Source: Patescibacteria group bacterium
Lineage (GTDB): Bacteria; Patescibacteriota; Patescibacteriia; UBA9934
Direction of reading: 5' to 3'
Assembly (NCBI GenBank): GCA_041660165.1
Contig: JBAZWW010000007.1
Location: 1-57,410, forward strand
Length of the DNA: 57,410 nucleotides
Part shown: positions 26,300 through 34,572 of the stretch, piece by piece
Layout of the letters: every line of letters starts with the position of its first letter
Numbering within the stretch: position 1 is the stretch's first letter
Notes under the pieces: generated by a model
What the model saw: only the letters and a program-made list of their open reading frames with translations
Databases searched by the model: none
Told to the model about the DNA's origin: nothing
Program-made: the position numbers and the translations under genes

Positions 26300-26542
26300 T
26301 CACGCGTGTAAAGTCCGCACACGGTTCCCGTCAATCTGGTCGCCAGTCGCAGAAATAACCTCATCTTTCGCAAAATCTATCTTGGCCATCATCCGCTTCT
26401 CTGAGGCTCTGTCCTCCTGGATGAGCAGGTCTTTCGTGTTGTCGAGTTTATCCAAAAGTTCATTCTTTGTAAGATCAAGCTTGCGATCAAGAAAAATGAC
26501 TCGCTTGTCGAGAGTGCCGAATTTCTTGTTGAGGCTTCCCAA
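26300..26542 (-). CDS. hypothetical small coiled-coil protein (80 aa)
   Basis: ORF lies 16 nt downstream of the AbiEii gene. Heptad-like KLDLTKNELLDKLDNTKDLLIQ. No family recognised. Confidence 0.35.
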   Translation of the reverse strand: MGSLNKKFGTLDKRVIFLDRKLDLTKNELLDKLDNTKDLLIQEDRASEKRMMAKIDFAKDEVISATGDQIDGNRVRTLHA

Positions 26543-26558
26543 TCCCTTCTCTTCCCTG

Positions 26559-27212
26559 TTATAAAAGAACGGATGGAGCCAGTTCTCTTGCGCGTTCAGA
26601 AAAGAATCGCTTGAGTTCAGGAACGGTTAATGGCTTCAGCATTTTTGGGAGAGCCTCCACCCGACTCACTTTTGCCAACTCGCCTCCAAGAAACACCTCG
26701 CTAATTTTTACAGCGAATTTCTTTTGAGCGTCAGCACGCACATCGTCCAACTTTCGTTCTTGAAGCAAGAAGTACATGTCCACAAAATCCTTTGGATCAA
26801 ACCGGTCAAGCATAGCCATGAGCTTATTCGCGGCAATGTCGCGCAGGCTATCTATCACCATGCCGTTCTGCGGAGCTGATGGATCGAGCCGTGGAAAAGG
26901 ATAGCGGGTAAATTCAAGCTTCAGTTCATAGCCGTCTGCAAACGTCAAAAAATATAAATTCCGATCATACAAGTGTTCAAAGCGCACATCTTGAGCGTTG
27001 AGTTCTCCCCGCAGTTTCTGAACAAAAGACAGAAGAAACTGTTTGTCCGGCGGGTTGACGGTAAAAAAATCAAGGTCATCGGAAATCCGATGCTGGAAGT
27101 GATAGGCAGAAAGAGCCGTCCCCCCACTCAAATAATATTCGGCTAATCCAGGCTCATGCGAAACCGCCAAAAGAACAGCCCGTTGCCGATCCGTTAAAAG
27201 GGTTTGTTCCAT
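26559..27212 (-). CDS. AbiEii/DUF1814-type nucleotidyltransferase (type IV toxin-like)
   Basis: Signature YLSGGTALSAYHFQHRISDDLDFF, plus DSLRDIAANKLMAMLDRFDPKDFVDMYFLL. Confidence 0.8.
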   Translation of the reverse strand: MEQTLLTDRQRAVLLAVSHEPGLAEYYLSGGTALSAYHFQHRISDDLDFFTVNPPDKQFLLSFVQKLRGELNAQDVRFEHLYDRNLYFLTFADGYELKLEFTRYPFPRLDPSAPQNGMVIDSLRDIAANKLMAMLDRFDPKDFVDMYFLLQERKLDDVRADAQKKFAVKISEVFLGGELAKVSRVEALPKMLKPLTVPELKRFFSERARELAPSVLL

Positions 27213-27400
27213 AACAAGAGTTCCAAAAAAGCCCGGCGATTTTCCGGAATACGAAGCTTAGGAAGATATTGTGCCAGAAGCAGTCGATCCATCTTTTCTT
27301 CTCCATCCCCAAACAAAATCTGACGCTCTAATTTCCATGCTGGATCTTGAGCTGCCTGTTTATCTTCCGCTTGTTTATCGTAATCCCACGTCATACGCAA
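27194..27400 (-). CDS. small ORF (68 aa) overlapping the AbiEii start by 19 nt; candidate cognate partner/antitoxin
   Basis: Position and overlap only. Sequence WDYDKQ...ERQILFGDGEEKMDRLLLAQYLPKLRIPENRRAFLELLLW. Not a canonical AbiEi. Confidence 0.4.
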   Translation of the reverse strand: MRMTWDYDKQAEDKQAAQDPAWKLERQILFGDGEEKMDRLLLAQYLPKLRIPENRRAFLELLLWNKPF

Positions 27401-27423
27401 TCATCATAGCAACATCAGACAAT

Positions 27424-28848
27424 TCAGGCCATCTTGGCTGCTTTTTCCTCACGGCGCACGTTTTGTTCCTGCAGGCGCTTTGAAGCGAGGGCGACCACTT
27501 TTTCCACGTCCACGATCTCTTGCGCACCGGATTCCATGTCGCGGATAATGATCGTACCATCAAGCACTTCTTTCTGGCCAAGGATGACGGCAATAGGAAC
27601 CTTGAGCTTATCAGCTACTTCAAGCTGGGCTTTCAGATTGCTCTTTGAGAAAGCCTCAGCCACATCAATACCAGCCTCGCGGAACTTCTCATAAATTTTC
27701 AGGCCCTTGCGTCTGGCAGCCTCGCCCAGCTGGCAGAAGAAGACCTGTGCCCGGCGCTTGGAGTCAGGCATCTTCCCCGCGGCCCGAACCGCCATAAGAA
27801 TGCGCTCAAGTCCAAGGGCGGCACCAACCGCACTTGTCCCCTCACGCCCGCCAAAGAGCGGGATCAAACCGTCATAACGCCCTCCCCCGCCAAGCGCGCT
27901 CTGAGCACCTTCTTCACCAGTGGGGTTTGTGAGCATGACCTCAAACACGGTCTTAGTGTAATAGTCGAGGCCTCTCACCAGGTACGGATTCAAAGCGTAC
28001 GGCACTTCGGCCTCATCAAGGTACTCGAGTACTTTCATGAAGTGCTGTTTGGATTCGTCGTCTAGGTAATCAATCATCTGCGGAGCATCAGCCTTCAACT
28101 CTTCCATGCCCGGTTCTTTCGAATCAAGGAGGCGAAGCGGGTTCTTCACCAGACGCTTCTGATCAGTCTCGGACAATTTCTTTTTGTTGGCCTTGAAGTA
28201 TTTCACCAGCTCGGCCACATACGCTCGGCGGGACACCGGCGTGCCAAGCGAGTTCACATGAACAGTGACATCAAGCCCCATGTCTTTGCAGAAACGCTCG
28301 CACATAAGAATCACCTGCGCGTCGAGCACAGGATCATCTGAGCCGATAGATTCCAAACCAAACTGCCAAAACTGGCGGTACCGGCCAGCCTGCGGACGCT
28401 CGTGACGGAAAAATTGTTCAACGTACCACAGCTTCACCGGTTGTGGCTGGTTCAACATGCCGTGTTCAATGTATGCGCGGGCGATTGAGGCAGTTCCCTC
28501 GGGACGCAACGTCATACGAACACCGCCCTGGTCAGTAAAGGTAAACATCTCTTTTTCAACAACATCCGTGTCCTTCCCTACCCCTCGTTCAAAAAGCGCT
28601 GTCTGCTCAAGAGCTGGCAAACGAATACGGCCAAAGCCGTACGCGCGGGTAAGCGAGCGCATGACCTCATCCATCTTGTCCCACACAGCTTGCTCATCTG
28701 GCAAAATGTCCCTGAACCCGCGCAGTGTTTCTGGTACTTTGGACTTCTTGGCAACGGGCTTTCCAGAGGCGCCGGATTCCGCAACTTTTTCCACGGGCTT
28801 CGCAACCTCAGGCTTCGGGACAGGAACAGGAGCTGTTTTGGAAGGCAT
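27424..28848 (-). CDS. hisS: histidyl-tRNA synthetase with a Lys/Pro-rich N-terminal extension of about 40 aa
   Basis: LRGFRDILPDE, class II motifs (FRHERPQAGRYRQFWQ, GGGGRYDGL), and a C-terminal anticodon-binding domain. Confidence 0.93.
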   Translation of the reverse strand: MPSKTAPVPVPKPEVAKPVEKVAESGASGKPVAKKSKVPETLRGFRDILPDEQAVWDKMDEVMRSLTRAYGFGRIRLPALEQTALFERGVGKDTDVVEKEMFTFTDQGGVRMTLRPEGTASIARAYIEHGMLNQPQPVKLWYVEQFFRHERPQAGRYRQFWQFGLESIGSDDPVLDAQVILMCERFCKDMGLDVTVHVNSLGTPVSRRAYVAELVKYFKANKKKLSETDQKRLVKNPLRLLDSKEPGMEELKADAPQMIDYLDDESKQHFMKVLEYLDEAEVPYALNPYLVRGLDYYTKTVFEVMLTNPTGEEGAQSALGGGGRYDGLIPLFGGREGTSAVGAALGLERILMAVRAAGKMPDSKRRAQVFFCQLGEAARRKGLKIYEKFREAGIDVAEAFSKSNLKAQLEVADKLKVPIAVILGQKEVLDGTIIIRDMESGAQEIVDVEKVVALASKRLQEQNVRREEKAAKMA

Positions 28849-28868
28849 AGAGAGATGCGCAGAATTTT

Positions 28869-29486
28869 TTAATACGGATACTGGGGAACCATGAACGTGC
28901 CTGCCTTATCAAGAGGGAGTCCGCGAATCCAGACGCGCCCTACAATGTTCCCCCTAGGTACAGCACCGAACACACGGGAGTCAAGGCTGTGGTCTCTATT
29001 GTCACCCATGACAAAGTACTGATTGGCACCCAGCGTCAGCTCATCCGGCTGGCCAATGGTTGGCTGTGTTAAGTATTCTTCAGGAAGCGGGACGCCGTTT
29101 GGAAACTCTTTATTTGAAATGGTCACTCTGCCTCCGCCCACATTTACTTTCTCTCCGGGAAGACCAATAACGCGCTTGATGTAATACTGTTTTTCATTTC
29201 CGGGCGGATGGAACACGATAATTTCTCCACGCTCAGGATCTCTCAAGCGGAACGTCACCTCGTCCACTATCAAATATTCGTTATCGTGAAAATTCGGCTC
29301 CATGGAAGCGCCCTTCACAATGAACGGAAGGATGAGGAAATGCCTAGTGATAACAATAATGACCAGGGCAAGCACAGCGATCTGGACAATTTCAAGAAAG
29401 AAACTCGCCACAGCTCCCAAGGTGGGGCCGAGCATCCGCTCAAGCGCGGAAATCGTCGTAGCGGGCGTGCGTCGTCTAAAAATCAT
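28869..29486 (-). CDS. lepB: signal peptidase I
   Basis: GASMEPNF (catalytic Ser), RVIGLPGEKV, GDNRDHSLDSR. Confidence 0.92.
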   Translation of the reverse strand: MIFRRRTPATTISALERMLGPTLGAVASFFLEIVQIAVLALVIIVITRHFLILPFIVKGASMEPNFHDNEYLIVDEVTFRLRDPERGEIIVFHPPGNEKQYYIKRVIGLPGEKVNVGGGRVTISNKEFPNGVPLPEEYLTQPTIGQPDELTLGANQYFVMGDNRDHSLDSRVFGAVPRGNIVGRVWIRGLPLDKAGTFMVPQYPY

Positions 29487-29528
29487 AATGGTGTGATGAT
29501 AGCACGGGAAAGTTTGGGAAAGAAAACC

Positions 29529-29605
29529 TGGTGGATGTTGCAGGGCTCGAACCTGCGACCTCTGCAGTGTGAGTACAGCGCTCTAACCAGCTGAGCTAAA
29601 CATCC
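29529..29605 (-). tRNA. tRNA-Val (anticodon CAC), CCA encoded
   Basis: Hand-folded. Acceptor GGATGTT/AACATCC, D arm GCTC..GAGC, anticodon stem CTGTA/TGCAG with loop CTCACAC, T arm GCAGG-TTCGAGC-CCTGC. Confidence 0.92.
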
Positions 29606-29709
29606 GCGCAAAGAGCAGTTTAAAGTATTTTTACGCTCGTGTCGAGAGCCCCATCAGACGCTCTTTCCAGCAAGCGATAAACACGCTATACTCTGGCCTC
29701 TCTCTCCCT

Positions 29710-31212
29710 ATGATTGATCATAAATCCGTGAACCTGCTAGAACCGCGTACGGAAACCCCAACACCGGTTGCAAAAGAATCCCCAACCAGACGCCGTCGAA
29801 TCTCTCCGGGAGCTAAACTTCTTTTCTTTGGCACCAGCATTCTTCTGGTTGGCGGATTTGTGCTTTCGGCCGGCCTAGCAAAAAGCTCCCCCTATGAAGA
29901 CGGAGCTCCGCTTTCTATTCTCACAACGCTAGCAAATCTCGTCCGCTCAGGAGAAAAACCCGTCATCGGAGAGGAACAAGACCGCGTCAATGTCCTCTTT
30001 CTTGGCGTTGGCGGTACCGGCCATGACGGCGCTCAGCTGACGGATACCATGATCTTCGGCAGTTACCGCCCGAGTACAAAAGAGCTCGGCCTTATTTCTA
30101 TTCCGAGAGACTTGAATGTCTTTGTCCCCGGCTACGGCTACAGAAAAATCAATGCAGTCAACGCGCTGGCAGAACAAGCAAAAGCCGGAAGCGGAAGAGA
30201 CGCATCAGCCAAAACAGCTTCAACCATTCTTGGCCAACCAGTGCCCTACACCGTCAAAATTGATTTCGGCGGATTTGCAGACGTCCTTGATGCGCTTGGC
30301 GGAATAGACGTGTACGTTGATCGCAGTTTTGGAGACAGCACATATCCTGTAGACGACGAGCTCGGCAGTGTCAAAACTATCTCATTTGAAAAAGGCTGGA
30401 TGCACATGGACGGAAAAACCGCGCTTGAATTTGCCCGCTCGCGCCACGGCAATAACGGAGAAGGGTCAGACTTCGCCCGGGCTGCCCGCCAGCAAAAAAT
30501 CCTCCTTGGCCTCAAAGACCGCGCACTCTCCATGGATGTCATCTTGAATCCGGGCAAGCTGACAAGAATTTTGTCGATCATTCAAAAAAACGTCCAGACC
30601 AACATGACCCCGTTTGAGATGATCAAGTTTGCCAAATTCGTGCCGGATATCTCAACTGACCGCATCGCGCTTCACGTGCTGGACACTGTGAGCGGACTTT
30701 TGTATGAGACGTATATTAACGACGCGTACGTTATCCTGCCGTATGAAGAAAATTGGAGCGATCTCCACGCGCTCGCCCTAAACATTTTTGCCCGGAATGC
30801 TCCCGGAGCAAAGACGCCTGTGGCCATTGGTGCGCCCGGTGATACGCAAAATGCACTCACCGTAGAAATTCAAAACGGGACGCTCAAAACCGGACTCGCT
30901 GGTGATACGGCTGAGCTTCTTCAAAGTTCCGGCTTCACCGTGGCGCTTGTCACAAACGCTGATACCCGGAACATTCCAAACACCACCGTGTATGACTTTA
31001 CGAACGGTGCAAAAGATGACGAACTGAAAGCCCTCAAAGATTACCTTCACGCGCAGGTAGCCATGACCAAGAAGGGTTCGCTCCAAAGCCATGCCGTCAT
31101 TGCAGATTCCGTCATTGCAGACAAGGATTTGGCGTCCATGAAAAAAAGCGCTGGAACCATTGACTTTTTGATCGTTCTGGGTGAAGATTCGTCAACTATT
31201 GTGCTCAGATAA
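29710..31212 (+). CDS. LytR-CpsA-Psr (LCP) family cell-envelope phosphotransferase
   Basis: N-terminal TM helix. NVLFLGVGGTGHDGAQLTDTMIFGSY...ISIPRDL...RSRHG. C-terminal LytR_C-like region. Confidence 0.85.
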   Translation: MIDHKSVNLLEPRTETPTPVAKESPTRRRRISPGAKLLFFGTSILLVGGFVLSAGLAKSSPYEDGAPLSILTTLANLVRSGEKPVIGEEQDRVNVLFLGVGGTGHDGAQLTDTMIFGSYRPSTKELGLISIPRDLNVFVPGYGYRKINAVNALAEQAKAGSGRDASAKTASTILGQPVPYTVKIDFGGFADVLDALGGIDVYVDRSFGDSTYPVDDELGSVKTISFEKGWMHMDGKTALEFARSRHGNNGEGSDFARAARQQKILLGLKDRALSMDVILNPGKLTRILSIIQKNVQTNMTPFEMIKFAKFVPDISTDRIALHVLDTVSGLLYETYINDAYVILPYEENWSDLHALALNIFARNAPGAKTPVAIGAPGDTQNALTVEIQNGTLKTGLAGDTAELLQSSGFTVALVTNADTRNIPNTTVYDFTNGAKDDELKALKDYLHAQVAMTKKGSLQSHAVIADSVIADKDLASMKKSAGTIDFLIVLGEDSSTIVLR

Positions 31213-31220
31213 CCGTTTTT

Positions 31221-32591
31221 ATGGTAATCGCCCCCAAAGCAGCCCTTATCGGCAGAACAAATGTCGGCAAGTCCAGCCTTTTTAATAAAATGGTTGAGGA
31301 ATTGAAGTCCCTAGTCTCAGAAATTCCGGGCACTACCCGGGACCGTTTTGAGGCAGATTGTTTGTGGCGAGCTAAGGTGATCCGCATCGTGGATACCGGC
31401 GGGCTTGATGTTAACAAAGCGGATGAGATTGAAAAAAACGTCATCATGCAAACGGAGAAAGCCATGAAGGCCGCGCAGGTCATCTTGTTCGTGGTTGACC
31501 TCACCGTTGGCCCGACCGTTGATGACTACCGCATTGCCAAAGAGCTTCTTCATCAAAAGACACCGGTGATCGTAGTTGGCAACAAGGCAGACTCCGCGCA
31601 GGTGCGGGCCAAAGCTGATTCCGCGGAATGGGCCAACTGGCCCCTCATGAAACCCCTGCCCATTTCCGCCAAACAAGGCGTAGGCGTGGGCGACTTGCTT
31701 GACATGATGACAGAGATACTCGAAAAAGCAGGAACTCCACCCGTAGATATCACTGAAATCATGCCGATGCGCGTGGCTGTTTTGGGCGAGCCGAACGTGG
31801 GCAAGTCCACGCTTCTTAACTCGATCTTGGGCGAAGAACGTTTCATCACGGCCAACGTCCCGCACACCACGCGTGAGCCGAATGATGCAATGATTGAACA
31901 TGAGGGCAAGACATACATCTTCGTTGATACCGCCGGCATCCGCAAGCACGCAGCCATGATGCGCACGGGCAACAAACTTGAAGAGGCTGGCGTAGAACGC
32001 ACGCTTGAATTTTTGAAACGGGCGCAGGTCGCGCTCTTCGTCATGGACGTAACGCGAGGAATTACCGCGCAAGACCGCCACCTCGCTGGTGTGTTAGCCG
32101 AGTCCGGCGTGAGCACCGTCATCGTGGTCAACAAGTGGGATCTCGTCGAGAATAAAACGCCAACCAGCGTCAACAAGATGGAAGCAGAAGTCCGGGGCTG
32201 GCTTCCTCAGCTCAAGTACGCGCCAGTTATTTTCACTTCTGCACTTACTGGTCAGCGCGCTAAGAAACTCTTCCCGCTCATTGACCTGGTCTTCTCGCAC
32301 CGCTTCACTCGACTGTCTGATGACGAGGCTCATCAATTCATGTCGCAAGCTATTGTTCGCCACAAGCCAGTCAAAGGTAAAGGCGTAAAGTCGCCTAAGG
32401 TCGAGTCCTTCACCCAACGCGGAGTCAACCCCCCGCGATTCGTACTCGAAGTTGATCTCCCCCGCAAGGACTCGCTCGACGTATCGTATGTGCGCTTCCT
32501 GGAAAATTTATTGCGCGAGCATTACGAGTTCGGCGGAACCCCTATCAGGATCCGCATCCAAGCCGGCAAGAAATCACACACCACCTATTAG
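31221..32591 (+). CDS. der: ribosome-associated GTPase Der/EngA
   Basis: Two G domains (GRTNVGKSSLFN..DTGG..NKAD; GEPNVGKSTLLN..DTAG..NKWD) plus a KH-like C-terminus. Confidence 0.93.
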   Translation: MVIAPKAALIGRTNVGKSSLFNKMVEELKSLVSEIPGTTRDRFEADCLWRAKVIRIVDTGGLDVNKADEIEKNVIMQTEKAMKAAQVILFVVDLTVGPTVDDYRIAKELLHQKTPVIVVGNKADSAQVRAKADSAEWANWPLMKPLPISAKQGVGVGDLLDMMTEILEKAGTPPVDITEIMPMRVAVLGEPNVGKSTLLNSILGEERFITANVPHTTREPNDAMIEHEGKTYIFVDTAGIRKHAAMMRTGNKLEEAGVERTLEFLKRAQVALFVMDVTRGITAQDRHLAGVLAESGVSTVIVVNKWDLVENKTPTSVNKMEAEVRGWLPQLKYAPVIFTSALTGQRAKKLFPLIDLVFSHRFTRLSDDEAHQFMSQAIVRHKPVKGKGVKSPKVESFTQRGVNPPRFVLEVDLPRKDSLDVSYVRFLENLLREHYEFGGTPIRIRIQAGKKSHTTY

Positions 32592-32599
32592 CAAGCAGA

Positions 32600-32635
32600 A
32601 GACCCGCGGAGAGCGCAAGCTCCATCCGCGGGTCT
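32600..32635 (+). terminator. 11-bp hairpin AGACCCGCGGA-N14-TCCGCGGGTCT after der
   Basis: Read directly. The T-tract is weak (GTTCG). Followed by an extended -10-like TGGTAGAAT upstream of pth. Confidence 0.5.
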
Positions 32636-32676
32636 GTTCGTATGGAGCGCGTAAATGGTAGAATAAACGGCGAAAT

Positions 32677-33240
32677 ATGACCTTCATTCTAGTTGGGCTT
32701 GGAAATCCGGGAAATGAATATGAGCGAACCCGGCATAATACGGGGTATCTTGTGCTTGAGGCGCTCGCCAAGAAACTCAACGCCTCATTTAAAGGCAGGG
32801 ATGAGTTTCAGGCGGAAGTGGCTGAGGCAAACATTGGCGAGCATAAAGCCATCCTCGCTAAGCCCTGGACGTACATGAATGCGTCAGGACGCAGCGTTCA
32901 AGCACTCGCCCATTTCTACAAAGTGAAACCAGATCACGTGATTGTCATCTCAGATGATGTCTCCCTCCCGCTTGGCACACTCCGAGTGCGGACCGAGGGA
33001 TCAGCCGGCGGACACAATGGACTGAAATCAATTATCGTAAATTTAGGAACCGACGCCTTCCCGCGCGTGAAAATCGGCGTTGACGCCCAACCGGAAAATG
33101 TCCCGCTTGAAGCGTGGGTGCTGTCCCGGTTCTCAAAAGATGAAATGAAAATCCTGAACGAAGTGATTGAACAAGCGGTCGAAGTGCTTCAAGGCATGAT
33201 CAAACATGGCATCAAAGTGACAACCGTCAAAGAGCTATGA
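32677..33240 (+). CDS. pth: peptidyl-tRNA hydrolase
   Basis: LVGLGNPGNEYERTRHNTGY, GGHNGLKS. Confidence 0.93.
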   Translation: MTFILVGLGNPGNEYERTRHNTGYLVLEALAKKLNASFKGRDEFQAEVAEANIGEHKAILAKPWTYMNASGRSVQALAHFYKVKPDHVIVISDDVSLPLGTLRVRTEGSAGGHNGLKSIIVNLGTDAFPRVKIGVDAQPENVPLEAWVLSRFSKDEMKILNEVIEQAVEVLQGMIKHGIKVTTVKEL

Positions 33241-34337
33241 CGGATCATTTTTTGGTTGCACTGGCAAACTGCCCGGCCATTGGCGCCAAGTCAGTTGAAA
33301 GGCTTCTTGCACATTTCCTGACCGCGGAAGCCGCTTGGCACGGGGATGAAGACGAAATAAAAACACTCGGCATTGGCGAAGAACGAGCGAACGGATTCCT
33401 TACGTTTCGGCGAAACACCGAGCCATCAGGATTCGTAGACATACTCGAAAAAAATGAGATACGGATGATCACGCAAGCAGATGCTGAGTATCCGTCGCTT
33501 CTCAAAACTATTTCCGATGCACCGTTTTTTCTTTTCCTGCAAGGCGCCCCGCTCAAAGAACCGTGCATTTCTATAGTTGGCTCACGAGACTTTTCTCCCT
33601 ACGGAAAAAAGTGCGCTCAAACCTTTGCCAAAACACTTGCCGCGAATGGGATATCCATCATTTCCGGCCTGGCCACTGGCATTGACACTATTTCTCATCA
33701 GTCAGCCATGGAAGCGGGCGGGCATACCGTAGCCGTTCTTGGCGGAGGACTACTGGCCTATAACGGCATGGACAGAGAAAACACTGCTGGAAAAATGCGC
33801 TCATCTGGCAGCACGTTGCTGACCGAGTTCGGCCTTCACTCCCCCTTTGCCAAACATCACTTCCCCATGCGCAATCGCATCATTGCGGGTATGAGCAAAA
33901 TCACGCTCGTAGTTGAAGCAGCGCTCCCTTCAGGATCACTCCTCACTGCGGATCATGCCCTGGCATCCGGCCGAGAAGTATTTGCCGTTCCAGGACCAAT
34001 TGATTCAAAAACCTCAGCCGGAACAAATCGCCTCATAAAGGACGGGGCCATGGTAGCCACCAGTCCGGACGATATTCTGCTCTCACTCGGCATTTCCAAA
34101 CGCATCTACGGAGATAGCATCGCCAGTGAACCTAAACCGCCGATGGTAGTAAAGCCTCCTCCAGAACTTTCTGGATCCTTGGTTCTTTATGCCTGTCTGG
34201 CTGAGGGGTCGCTCTTTGCAGACGAGTTATCACTAAAAACAAAGCTAACGCCGTCAGAAGTCTCGCAGACACTGTTCGAGCTTGAGGTCATGGGTCATGT
34301 ACGCAATCTTGGCGGAACAAGATATGAACGCGTCTGA
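33237..34337 (+). CDS. dprA: DNA-processing protein DprA
   Basis: SGLATGIDTISHQSAMEAGGHTVAVLGGGL, FPMRNRIIAG, plus a C-terminal winged-helix-like tail. Conserved dprA-topA order. Confidence 0.9.
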   Translation: MTDHFLVALANCPAIGAKSVERLLAHFLTAEAAWHGDEDEIKTLGIGEERANGFLTFRRNTEPSGFVDILEKNEIRMITQADAEYPSLLKTISDAPFFLFLQGAPLKEPCISIVGSRDFSPYGKKCAQTFAKTLAANGISIISGLATGIDTISHQSAMEAGGHTVAVLGGGLLAYNGMDRENTAGKMRSSGSTLLTEFGLHSPFAKHHFPMRNRIIAGMSKITLVVEAALPSGSLLTADHALASGREVFAVPGPIDSKTSAGTNRLIKDGAMVATSPDDILLSLGISKRIYGDSIASEPKPPMVVKPPPELSGSLVLYACLAEGSLFADELSLKTKLTPSEVSQTLFELEVMGHVRNLGGTRYERV

Positions 34338-34339
34338 TC

Positions 34340-34425
34340 GCCGGTAAGATATTCACATGTAAAAATTGTGGTCGGCGCACAAGGCGGGCCTCCCAACAAT
34401 TTTTACATGTGAATATCTTACCGGC
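34340..34425 (-). repeat. core-hairpin element A (86 nt): perfect 30-bp outer stem, core in minus orientation
   Basis: GCCGGTAAGATATTCACATGTAAAAATTGT (34340..34369) pairs perfectly with 34396..34425. The interior reads, on the minus strand, AAAAATTGTTGGGAGG-CCCGCCTTGTGCG-CCGACCACAATTTTT. Starts 3 nt after the dprA stop. Confidence 0.9.
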
Positions 34426-34432
34426 TTAGTGA

Positions 34433-34508
34433 GGCGGACAACAGGTTTTCCAAAAATTTGTTGGGAGGTACTCCGACCACAAATTTTCTGGGAAACCTGT
34501 TGTCCGCC
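34433..34508 (+). repeat. core-hairpin element B (76 nt): unrelated outer stem, 36-nt core at 34452..34487
   Basis: GGCGGACAACAGGTTTTCC-AAAAATTTGTTGGGAGGTACTCCGACCACAAATTTT-CTGGGAAACCTGTTGTCCGCC. One bulge in the outer stem. Confidence 0.9.
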
Positions 34509-34572
34509 GAACGCTCCGCTTGACTATCATGTATCATTCGGGCTAACAATTCGGCTTCCTCACCTATTTTCT

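Noticed and set aside
31317-32176. 254-aa and 207-aa minus-strand ORFs antisense to der
   Set aside because: Both lie fully inside the der CDS, which has two unmistakable GTPase domains. The antisense translations have no motifs.
34340-34508. CRISPR array or integron attC sites as an explanation for the repeated hairpins
   Set aside because: There is no regular repeat-spacer periodicity. The copies are palindromic and dispersed, and no cas genes are present. attC sites are conserved at their ends (RYYYAAC/GTTRRRY) with a variable centre, which is the opposite of what is seen here, and no intI gene is present.
34366-34572. 69-codon N-terminal extension of the topA ORF
   Set aside because: The extension is a translation of hairpin elements A/B. 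The conserved Toprim start MSTLLIVESPTKA begins at 34573.
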